Part shown: positions 54,882 through 64,000 of the stretch, piece by piece | Numbering within the stretch: the first letter of the stretch is position 1 | Layout: every line of letters begins with the position of its first letter | DNA from: an uncultured Collinsella sp. | GTDB lineage: Bacteria; Actinomycetota; Coriobacteriia; Coriobacteriales; Coriobacteriaceae | Direction: 5' to 3' | DNA: 64,000 bases | Assembly: GCA_902464965.1 (NCBI GenBank) | Contig: CABQLI010000003.1 | Location: 93 to 64,092, forward strand | The notes under the pieces: model-generated | Seen by the model: only the letters and a program-made list of their open reading frames with translations | Databases searched by the model: none | What the model was told of the DNA's origin: nothing | Position numbers and translations under genes: made by a program

Positions 54882-55097
54882 AAAGGACGTCTCCCCTCAA
54901 CCAAAGCCGAGACGGCTACAAATAACAGCGGAAAGCCAAGTGCCCAGCCCATCCGCAATAACAATTCAACAAGAACAAATATACCCAAAACCAAAGAAAG
55001 AGCCGCAATAAAAGCAGCTCTTTCAGCAAAGCAATTATCAGCGAAGACGCCCCTCCCTGGCCCAACGGCACCCGGGAGAGACGAGCACGAAAACGCA

Positions 55098-55234
55098 GTC
55101 CCCTTCCGCCGCAGGGCTTAGGTTATTGCTCCACGCGCAGTTCCGCACGAGCCGAAGAGCACTTAATGTGCTCTTCGTGCGAGCAGGACTGTTTGAGCAT
55201 GGAGCAAAACCTAAGCCCTGCGGCGGAAGGGGAC
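55098..55234. repeat. Structured palindromic element, copy 1
   Basis: About 35-bp outer inverted repeat (one bulge) around a ~64-nt core shared with 61540..61660. Confidence 0.85.
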
Positions 55235-55242
55235 GGTGGGGC

Positions 55243-55785
55243 TTACTCCGTCTCGCCCGGTCGAGCGCCGCGGGCCAGGGCGTCCTGGTACTCCTTGACA
55301 GCCTTGATCCTCTGCATCGGCTTCAGCCGCTCGAACATGGTGTTGCCGTGCAGGTGATCAATCTCGTGCTGCAGGCACACGCAGAACAGGTCGCCCGCGG
55401 CCTCATAGCGAATAAGGTTGGCGTCCAAGTCGTACGCCTCGACGACGACATGGTCGGGACGCTCGATCTCGCAGCTAATGCCAGGAATGGAAAGGCAGCC
55501 CTCGCTAAACGGAACGAGATGGTCGCTTTGCTCGACAATCACGGGATTGATGAGCACGTACGGATCGTAGTCGTTCTTGTCACTGTAGTCGCAGTCGATG
55601 GTGACAAGCTGAATGAGCTCGCCGATCTGCGGAGCAGCCAGGCCGCAGCCGCCGTTCTCGAACATCATCTTCTTCATCTTCTCGGCAAGCGCCTCGATCG
55701 CCGGGGTGATCTCCTCGATGACGGCGCACTCCTGGCGCAGACGAGGGTCGGGCGACAGTACGATTCCGTTGGCTTCCATGGCCAT
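55243..55785 (-). CDS. def: Peptide deformylase
   Basis: GCGLAAPQ, EGCLS and QHEIDHLHG motifs. Confidence 0.97.
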   Translation of the reverse strand: MAMEANGIVLSPDPRLRQECAVIEEITPAIEALAEKMKKMMFENGGCGLAAPQIGELIQLVTIDCDYSDKNDYDPYVLINPVIVEQSDHLVPFSEGCLSIPGISCEIERPDHVVVEAYDLDANLIRYEAAGDLFCVCLQHEIDHLHGNTMFERLKPMQRIKAVKEYQDALARGARPGETE

Positions 55786-55796
55786 CCTTTCAGTTT

Positions 55797-58250
55797 TTAC
55801 ATCAAATCATAGGCGTCGACGTCAACGCTCACGCTCACGCCGCGCACAGAGCCCGCCTCTTTGAGGCAGGCGTCGATATCATCAGAGACATGGTACCCCA
55901 CGGGCGACTTCACAAGCAGATGGAAGCGGTAACGGTCCTTGGCTCTCTCGATTACACACGAAGCCGGGCCCAGCACCTGCGGCACGGAACTCCCCGCCCG
56001 CAAAAAGTCGGGCGCGGCGGCATGCCAGCGGCGCTTAAGAAGCTTTGCAATGCGCCCGATGTAGTCTTGCGCGTCGTCTCGGTTAGCCGACCACGCCAAG
56101 ATGTTGACCAGGCGAACAAACGGCGGGTACAGCGCGTCGCGGCGCTGATCCAGGTCGTAGTCGGTAAAGATCGAACGGTCATGCTCAGCGACGGCGCGAA
56201 TGACCGGGTCCTCGGGCAGGTATGTCTGGATGATGACCTCGCCGGGGCGATCGCCGCGACCGGCACGGCCGGCGACTTGCTCCAGTAGATCGTAGGCGCG
56301 CTCCCCTGCGCGGAAGTCCGGCAGCTTGAGGGCGAAGTCGGCATTGACCACGCCCACGAGCGTGACCTCGGGAAAGTCGAGGCCCTTTGCGATCATTTGG
56401 GTGCCCAGCAGCACCGCGCAATCAGCGGCATCGAACTGCTCGAGCAGCTTTTTGTGCGCGTCCTTTCCGCGCGTGGAATCGGCATCCATGCGAATAATGG
56501 CGACATCCTCGGGAAGCATCTGATGCAGTGCGTCCTCGATCTGCTGCGTACCCAGACCCATTTTTGCCAGGTAGCGACTGCCACATTTGGGGCAACGGCT
56601 CGTGGGCGCGGGATACGGCTTCACGCGCCAAGACGAACCGCAGGTGTGACATTGCAGCGTGTGCGTGCGCTCGTGATATGTAAGCGCGGTGGAGCAGTGA
56701 TTGCAGGTGGGGACGCAGCCGCACTCGCGGCACATAAGGAACGGCGCAAAGCCACGGCGGTTATGCAGCAGCACGGCCTTCTCGCGGCGTTCGACTACGC
56801 GCTCGAGGCCTTCCATCAGCGGTTTTGAGAACATGGAGCGGCTGCCGTGCGAGAACTCGCGGCGCAGGTCGGCAATGCGAACCGTGGGCAGCACGGCGTG
56901 TCCCGGGCGCTCGGGCATCTCGACGCGCGTCCAGGTGGCACCGTTATACGTGCCACGGCGGCAGCGATCGAGGGCCTCGGCCGAGGGCGTGGCGGAGCCC
57001 AACACGAGCGGGCAGCGGTAGCGGCGCGCCATCTCGGCCGCCACCTCGCGCGCGTGGTAACGCGGGCTGGAGCCCTGCTTGTAACTGGTCTCGTGCTCCT
57101 CGTCGATGATGATGAGGCCCAAGTCGCTGAGCGGGCAAAAGAGCGCCGAGCGGGCGCCGACGACCACGCGGGCCGCACCGCTGGCGACCATATCCCACTG
57201 GTCCAGACGCTCGCCGGCCGAAAGGCGCGAATGGAACACGGCAACCGTCTCGCCAAAGCGCGAGCGAAAGCGGCCGACGGTCTGGGCCGTCAGCGAGATC
57301 TCAGGCACGAGCACGCAGACTGAACGGCCGGCCGCGAGTACGCGCTCGATGGCGGAGAGGTAGACCTCAGTTTTACCGGACCCGGTGACGCCGTCTACGA
57401 GCACAACGTCGCCATGAGCGTCCAGACGGGCGCGCTCAATCTGCGCGAGCGCCTGCTGCTGGCCGTTCGTGAGCGCGACTGGTGCCTTGCCGCTTGCCGA
57501 GGACAGCGTGGTCTGCTCGCTGCAGCCACGCCAGGCGCGACGCTCCTCCACCACCACGACGCCGCGCTTTTCGAGCGCCTTGATGGTCGCCGACATGTTG
57601 TTGTAGAGCAGGTTGAGATCGCGCGTCGTGACCGGGCCGCACTGGAGCGCCTCGATGAGCTGACGCTGGCGAACCGCGGTCTTGGTCGGCGTGTAGTCGA
57701 AACCCTCGGGCGTGAGCATGACCCAGCGATTTTGGATAGGCTTGACGGCGGGGCGCTCAACCGTCCACACGCCGTCATCGCCCTTGACCACGCGCGGACT
57801 TCCACCCGGGGGCAAGAACAAACGCAGGCACTCGGAAAGCGTCGCGACATACTCGCGGCTCATCCAGCGTGCGATACGGGCAGCCTCGACAGTAAAGAGC
57901 GGTTTGCTGAGGATAGCCTCGATGGGCTTGATGCGTGCGGGGTCGAGGGCGATGTTGCCTTGTAGGTCGCCCAGCTCAGGCGCAATGTCGACAATATAGC
58001 CCGCGGCGGCACGGTTACCAAAGTGGACCAGGACGGTGGAGCCGATCTGCGCGTCGTTAGCAAGGGGGCGGGGGATGCCGTAGGCGAATGGCTCGGACAG
58101 CGCACGCGTCGGGATGTCGAGGACCACGCTCGCATAGGCGGTGACGGGTTCGGGTACAGGCTTAGGCTGAGCCGAGGCAGCGGCAGGCACAGGCTTCACC
58201 GGAGCCCGCTCGGGTTCCGGCGAACCAAACAGCGAAAGTTGCTCGACCAT
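55797..58250 (-). CDS. priA: Primosomal protein N'
   Basis: GVTGSGKT, IDEEH, Cys-rich zinc region and QVAGRAGR motifs. Confidence 0.96.
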   Translation of the reverse strand: MVEQLSLFGSPEPERAPVKPVPAAASAQPKPVPEPVTAYASVVLDIPTRALSEPFAYGIPRPLANDAQIGSTVLVHFGNRAAAGYIVDIAPELGDLQGNIALDPARIKPIEAILSKPLFTVEAARIARWMSREYVATLSECLRLFLPPGGSPRVVKGDDGVWTVERPAVKPIQNRWVMLTPEGFDYTPTKTAVRQRQLIEALQCGPVTTRDLNLLYNNMSATIKALEKRGVVVVEERRAWRGCSEQTTLSSASGKAPVALTNGQQQALAQIERARLDAHGDVVLVDGVTGSGKTEVYLSAIERVLAAGRSVCVLVPEISLTAQTVGRFRSRFGETVAVFHSRLSAGERLDQWDMVASGAARVVVGARSALFCPLSDLGLIIIDEEHETSYKQGSSPRYHAREVAAEMARRYRCPLVLGSATPSAEALDRCRRGTYNGATWTRVEMPERPGHAVLPTVRIADLRREFSHGSRSMFSKPLMEGLERVVERREKAVLLHNRRGFAPFLMCRECGCVPTCNHCSTALTYHERTHTLQCHTCGSSWRVKPYPAPTSRCPKCGSRYLAKMGLGTQQIEDALHQMLPEDVAIIRMDADSTRGKDAHKKLLEQFDAADCAVLLGTQMIAKGLDFPEVTLVGVVNADFALKLPDFRAGERAYDLLEQVAGRAGRGDRPGEVIIQTYLPEDPVIRAVAEHDRSIFTDYDLDQRRDALYPPFVRLVNILAWSANRDDAQDYIGRIAKLLKRRWHAAAPDFLRAGSSVPQVLGPASCVIERAKDRYRFHLLVKSPVGYHVSDDIDACLKEAGSVRGVSVSVDVDAYDLM

Positions 58251-58338
58251 GGCCCCAGCACCTCCTATCCCATACGTCTACAGAAACAAGAGCCCCGCTC
58301 GGGTGAACGGGGCTCGGATACATACGTTTGCGCAGCGA

Positions 58339-59814
58339 TTACAGCGCCATCGTGCGGGCGCGGTCGATGCGCGCCAAGCAATCGTCGCGGCCGACGAGTG
58401 CCATGGTCTCGCCCAACGGAGGGCTCACCATGTTGCCGCAAACGGCGACGCGCACGGCCTGGAACACCACGCGCTTCTTAAGGTCCATCTGCTCGGGCAA
58501 CGGCTCAAGCGCAGCGTCGATGTTGGCAGCCGTCCACTCGTCCACGCCCTCGAGCGCGCCCTTGGCGGCATCCAGAATGGCACCCATGCCCTCCTTGGCC
58601 AGGCCCTTGTTGACGGACTTCTCGTCATACTCGAGCGTCTCGGCCGTAGCGAAGATGGGAGCGGCGACGGTCACGGCGTCGGCCGGCATCTTGGTGCGCG
58701 GCTTAACGATGGCGGCAAGCGCGTCGATCCAATCCTCGCCGTACTCGACATTACCCTCGATGAGACCCGCCTCGTGCAGCTCGGGAACCATGATCTCGTC
58801 GGCAAACTGAGCATCGGACATGCCATTGATGTACTCGGCGTTGACCCAGTCGAGCTTCTTGGGGTCGAAGGTCGCCGGGTTCTTGGAGATGCGGTCGAGC
58901 GAGAACTTGCTGGCCAGGACATCGCGCGGGATGATCGTGGTTTCGCCGTCGAGCGACCAGCCGAGCAGCGCCAGGTAGTTGACAAAGGCGTCGGACAGGT
59001 AGCCGGCGTCGCGGTACTCCTCCACCGAGGTGGCGCCGTGGCGCTTGGAGAGCTTTTTGCCGTCGGCGCCCAGGATCATGGAGATGTGAGCGAACGTGGG
59101 CACGGGAGCGCCGAGGGCCTCGTAGACCATGACCTGACGCGGGGTGTTGGACAGGTGGTCGTCGCCGCGGATGACGTGGGTGATCTTCATCATGGCGTCG
59201 TCGACGACGGTCGCGAAGTTATACGTGGGCGTACCGTCGGAGCGGAAGATGACAAAGTCGTCGAGCTCCTTGGCGTCGAAGGTCACCTCTCCGTGGACGG
59301 CGTCGTGGATGACGACGTCGCCGCGGTCCTCGGGCACCTTGATGCGCAGGACGTAGGACTCCCCGGCCTCGATGCGGCGGCGGGCCTCCTCGGGATCAAG
59401 ATCGCGGCAACGGCGCTGATAGCCCTGGAAGGGGTCCTTGCGCTCCTGCGCGGCCTTGCGGTCGGCGTCGAGCTGCTCCTTGGTGCAGAAGCAGGGATAG
59501 GCCTTGCCCTCGTCCCAAAGCTTCTGAGCGGCCTGCTTGTACAGGTCCAGGCGCTCGGTCTGGGCGTAGGGGCCAAAATCGCCGCCCACCTCGGGACCCT
59601 CGTCCCAGTCCAGGCCCAGCCAACGCATGCCGCGCAGGATGATCTGCGTGTTCTCGTCGGTGGAGCGGGTGGGGTCGGTGTCGTCGATGCGCAGGATGAA
59701 CGTGCCGCCGTTTGCGCGGGCGAAAGCCCAGTTATAGATAGCGGTGCGGGCGCCGCCGATGTGCAGCTTGCCCGTCGGTGAGGGTGCAAAGCGGACGCGA
59801 ACGTCTGATGCCAT
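58339..59814 (-). CDS. gltX: Glutamate--tRNA ligase
   Basis: RFAPSPTG, HIGG and KLSKR motifs. Confidence 0.97.
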   Translation of the reverse strand: MASDVRVRFAPSPTGKLHIGGARTAIYNWAFARANGGTFILRIDDTDPTRSTDENTQIILRGMRWLGLDWDEGPEVGGDFGPYAQTERLDLYKQAAQKLWDEGKAYPCFCTKEQLDADRKAAQERKDPFQGYQRRCRDLDPEEARRRIEAGESYVLRIKVPEDRGDVVIHDAVHGEVTFDAKELDDFVIFRSDGTPTYNFATVVDDAMMKITHVIRGDDHLSNTPRQVMVYEALGAPVPTFAHISMILGADGKKLSKRHGATSVEEYRDAGYLSDAFVNYLALLGWSLDGETTIIPRDVLASKFSLDRISKNPATFDPKKLDWVNAEYINGMSDAQFADEIMVPELHEAGLIEGNVEYGEDWIDALAAIVKPRTKMPADAVTVAAPIFATAETLEYDEKSVNKGLAKEGMGAILDAAKGALEGVDEWTAANIDAALEPLPEQMDLKKRVVFQAVRVAVCGNMVSPPLGETMALVGRDDCLARIDRARTMAL

Positions 59815-59894
59815 GGAAATCTCCTCGATTGCAGGATGGATGTCTAACTGCACCAGTATAAAGCATCAAAGCAACCTCCGCACAAAGGGCACCG

Positions 59895-59986
59895 ACCTAC
59901 TCATTGGGGACAGACTTAAATGACCAGTCGTTGGAGACGTTCTTAGTTTAAGGCTGGTCATTTATGTCTGTCCCCAATGAGTAGGT
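59895..59986. repeat. 33-bp inverted repeat (1 mismatch), REP/REPIN-like
   Basis: ACCTACTCATTGGGGACAGACTTAAATGACCAG and CTGGTCATTTATGTCTGTCCCCAATGAGTAGGT. Confidence 0.85.
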
Positions 59987-60091
59987 GCGGAAAGGGTGTG
60001 AATGTTTGATTTACGCGCTATGATGTGCCCTTGCATAGAGAGCCCGGCGGAATGGTAACGGTCGCCGGGACACGTTTTTGAAAGGACAATC

Positions 60092-61372
<1,281 letters not shown>

Positions 61373-61409
61373 GCTAACTCGAAAAGCAACAGCCAAATAA
61401 CAACGCACC

Positions 61410-61445
61410 AAAAGAAGTACCGGCCCCAACCGGTACTTCTTTTTT
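61410..61445 (+). terminator. Intrinsic terminator after metK
   Basis: AAAAGAAGTACCGG...CCGGTACTTCTTTTT. Confidence 0.85.
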
Positions 61446-61539
61446 ATTTAAAGGTTGTGAAGATGAGCCTACCTGGGACATGGAATAAATCACAGGCCGA
61501 TAAATTTTGCAGCAGAGCGACTCCAGCCATGTATCCTAA

Positions 61540-61660
61540 GTTCCGAGGGCTTTGGTATTTGGTCGGTCGCGAGTTCCGCACGAGCCGGAGGCCACTTAAT
61601 GTGGCCTCCGTGCGAGCCAGGACTGTAGAGCAGGCGACCAAATACCAAAGCCCTCGGAAC
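61540..61660. repeat. Structured palindromic element, copy 2
   Basis: 26-bp perfect outer inverted repeat around the same core as copy 1. Confidence 0.85.
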
Positions 61661-61683
61661 GACGGGATAGAACAGGAGCACCC

Positions 61684-63291
61684 ATGGCAGGCAAGCCGCA
61701 AACACTAGCTACGACCTCGGCATTCGAAATCTTGGGCCCCGTCATGGTCGGCCCCAGCTCATCGCACACCGCCGGCGCCCTGCGCTGCGCCCAAGTTGCC
61801 GCCAGCCTGCTGGAAGGCCGCATCACCAAAGTCACCTTTGGCCTGTGGAACTCCTTCGCCCACACCTACCGCGGCCACGGCACCGATCGTGCACTCGTCG
61901 CGGGCATCCTGGGCCTCGACACCGATGACGAGAACATCAAGCAGGCCTTCGACCTCGCACGCGAGCAGGGCCTCGAATATCACTTTGACATCAAAGGCGA
62001 CGACGCCTCCATCCACCCCAACACCGTCGACATCGACATGGTCGACGACACGGGCGCTACGGCACAGGTCCGCGGCGAGAGCCTGGGCGGCGGCAAGATG
62101 CGCATCAGCCGCATTAACGGCGTCGGCGTCGACATCTCGGGCATGTACTCCACACTCTTCGTGGCGCACAAGGACGTCCCCGGCGTGCTCGCCGCGCTCA
62201 CCAACCTGCTCGCCTACGCACACGTGAACATCGCCTTCTGCCGCACCTACCGCACCGAAGTGGGCGGCCAGGCCTACTCCGTCTTTGAGACCGACGGCGC
62301 GCCCGACGACACCGTCGTCCCGATGCTACGCAAGCTCGACAACGTCGATTACGCGACCTTTATCGAGCTCCCCGGTTCTGCCTCGTCGCTCTCCCCCGGC
62401 GTCTCGGCCAAGGAAATCTTCGACGACGGTGAGCAGCTGCTCGATGCGTGCGAGGAACTGGGGCTCAGCATCGGCGCCGTCATGGCCGTTCGCGAGGCGC
62501 GTCTGACCGGCGAGGCCCACGCCGTCGCTGCCATGCGCCGCGTGCTCGACGTCATGCGCGAGGAGACCACGGCCCCCATCGCCAATCCGCAGCGTTCGCT
62601 CGGTGGGCTTATCGGCGGCGAGGCCAAACTCGTCGATGCCACCAGCCGCAACGATTTGAGTGCAAGCCTGATGGGCCCCGTTCAGACCGACGCCGTGGCC
62701 CGCGCGATGGCCGTGCTCGAACGCTCCGCCACCATGGGCGTGATCGTCGCCGCCCCCACGGCAGGCTCAGCGGGTGTTGTGCCCGGCTGCGTGCTTGCGC
62801 TCGCCGATCGCCTGCAGCTCGACGACGAGCAGGTCATGGACGCGCTCTACTGCGCAGCCGCCATCGGCCTCAACCTCACCACGAGCGCCTGCGTCGCCGG
62901 CGCCGAGGGCGGATGCCAGGCCGAGGTGGGAAGCGCCGCCGCCATGGCAGCCGCCGCGCTGGTGCAGATGCTCGGCGGCACGCCCGAGCAGGCGCTCGAC
63001 GCCAGTTCCATCGCGCTGAGTAACCTGCTGGGCCTCGTTTGTGACCCCGTCGGTGGCCTCGTGGAAGTGCCCTGCCAAAACCGCAACGCCATCGGCGTGG
63101 CAGCGGCCTTTAGCTCGGCACAACTCGCCCTCGCAGGCATTAAGAGCTTGGTGCCGTTTGACCAGATGGCACATGTCATGCTCTCGGTGGGTCACGCGTT
63201 GCCGGCCACGCTGCGCGAGACGGCAAAGGGCGGCATCGCGCAGGCTCCGGCCGCACTTTCGGCCTGTGCAAAATGCGGCGTGTGCGGATAA
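61684..63291 (+). CDS. sdaA: Fe-S L-serine dehydratase, fused beta(+ACT)-alpha subunits
   Basis: GPSSSHTAG, HPNT, SLGGG, ACT-like HKDVPG, APTAGSAG, GGCQAEVG, CDPVGGLVEVPC and LRETAKGG motifs. Confidence 0.92.
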   Translation: MAGKPQTLATTSAFEILGPVMVGPSSSHTAGALRCAQVAASLLEGRITKVTFGLWNSFAHTYRGHGTDRALVAGILGLDTDDENIKQAFDLAREQGLEYHFDIKGDDASIHPNTVDIDMVDDTGATAQVRGESLGGGKMRISRINGVGVDISGMYSTLFVAHKDVPGVLAALTNLLAYAHVNIAFCRTYRTEVGGQAYSVFETDGAPDDTVVPMLRKLDNVDYATFIELPGSASSLSPGVSAKEIFDDGEQLLDACEELGLSIGAVMAVREARLTGEAHAVAAMRRVLDVMREETTAPIANPQRSLGGLIGGEAKLVDATSRNDLSASLMGPVQTDAVARAMAVLERSATMGVIVAAPTAGSAGVVPGCVLALADRLQLDDEQVMDALYCAAAIGLNLTTSACVAGAEGGCQAEVGSAAAMAAAALVQMLGGTPEQALDASSIALSNLLGLVCDPVGGLVEVPCQNRNAIGVAAAFSSAQLALAGIKSLVPFDQMAHVMLSVGHALPATLRETAKGGIAQAPAALSACAKCGVCG

Positions 63292-63309
63292 CGGCAAAGA
63301 ATGACTCAA

Positions 63310-63336
63310 AGGTGGGACAAATGTCCCACCTCTTTT
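63310..63336 (+). terminator. Hairpin terminator after sdaA
   Basis: AGGTGGGACAAATGTCCCACCT followed by CTTTT. Confidence 0.7.
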
Positions 63337-63440
63337 GAATGCCACCGTTTCCGTACCACAAACAGCAGGGCAATCGCTATAATGCAAGCCCAGTAAAAAC
63401 ACGATGAGCCATAAGGCGAAATTCGAAGGATATGCATACG

Positions 63441-64000
63441 ATGTCGCAAAACGATCGAACTCAACTGATTCCCGATCCGCAGCAGCCGAGCAGGCACACC
63501 GGCGGCGTTCAGTCACCGCGTCCTATCGCGCCGAGCCACGGTCAGCAGCGTGGTGCGGCAAACGCGCCCCAACGTCCGAACCAACAGCGACAGCAGCGTC
63601 AACAACGTCAGCAGCGCCAGGCAAACGGCAATGCGCCCAAGCAGCCCCCCACGCACGCTCGAGGCGATCGCGGCCCCGCGCGCAAGTCCGCCGGCAACAA
63701 TAAATCGGGCAAAAAGACGACGCTCTTTGTCGTCCTGGGTCTAATCATCATTGTCTATATCGTAGGCATCGTAGCGTTTTCGCAGCTAGCTTACCCCAAC
63801 ACCACCATTGCCGGCGTCGACGTCTCGTTCTCCAACGCTTCGTCTGCCGCCACCAAGGTCAACTCGGCATGGAAGCACTATAAGCTCACCGTGACAGGCG
63901 ATGACTTTAGCTGGAACTATCAGCCCGAGTCCGATGAGCCCATCGTTGATGGCGAAGCTGCCGCAAAAGAGATCATCAGCCAAAACGAAGCCTTTGTATG
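63441..64000 (+). CDS. Membrane-anchored peptidoglycan-binding protein / probable L,D-transpeptidase (runs off window end)
   Basis: Manual translation: Q/R-rich N-terminus, TM segment LFVVLGLIIIVYIVGIVAF, then YPNTTIAGVDVS. Confidence 0.65.
   Translation, partial: MSQNDRTQLIPDPQQPSRHTGGVQSPRPIAPSHGQQRGAANAPQRPNQQRQQRQQRQQRQANGNAPKQPPTHARGDRGPARKSAGNNKSGKKTTLFVVLGLIIIVYIVGIVAFSQLAYPNTTIAGVDVSFSNASSAATKVNSAWKHYKLTVTGDDFSWNYQPESDEPIVDGEAAAKEIISQNEAFV

Noticed and set aside
61684..63291. Beta-ACT-alpha serine dehydratase fusion as a novelty
   Set aside because: Single-chain and ACT-containing Fe-S serine dehydratases are known architectures.
63404..63703. 99-aa ORF suggesting a frameshifted last gene
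   Set aside because: Another frame starting at ATG 63441 is open to the window end and encodes the TM-anchored protein.

Overview
High-GC Actinobacterial DNA; gene content and codon style suggest Coriobacteriia, Collinsella-like (inference). There are three blocks. (1) 1-23.1 kb is a mostly lower-GC defence island: a truncated PHP-domain gene, an LPXTG surface protein, a HepT/MntA toxin-antitoxin pair, DUF4238, a large RxxxxH protein, AbiGi plus a frameshifted AbiGii-like toxin, a KAP NTPase, SIR2-HerA, several pseudogenes, and a three-gene Bell-like effector / GT-B-fold protein / NB-ARC-TPR NLR locus. In that locus the effector C-terminus and the NLR N-terminus share a matching amyloid-like motif, and the GT gene appears out of frame at a C9 tract. 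(2) 23.2-36.4 kb is a Wzx/Wzy surface-polysaccharide locus headed by a LoaP-like antiterminator, next to tRNA-Ala(GGC). (3) 37.3-64 kb is core genome: thiN, a HAD hydrolase, glgB-glgP-glgC-glgD-glgA-GH13/malQ, priA-def-fmt-rsmB, gltX, metK, a fused serine dehydratase and a probable L,D-transpeptidase. This block also holds two copies of a covarying structured palindrome with unrelated outer arms, next to strong local codon skew. All calls come from reading motifs by eye; no searches were run.
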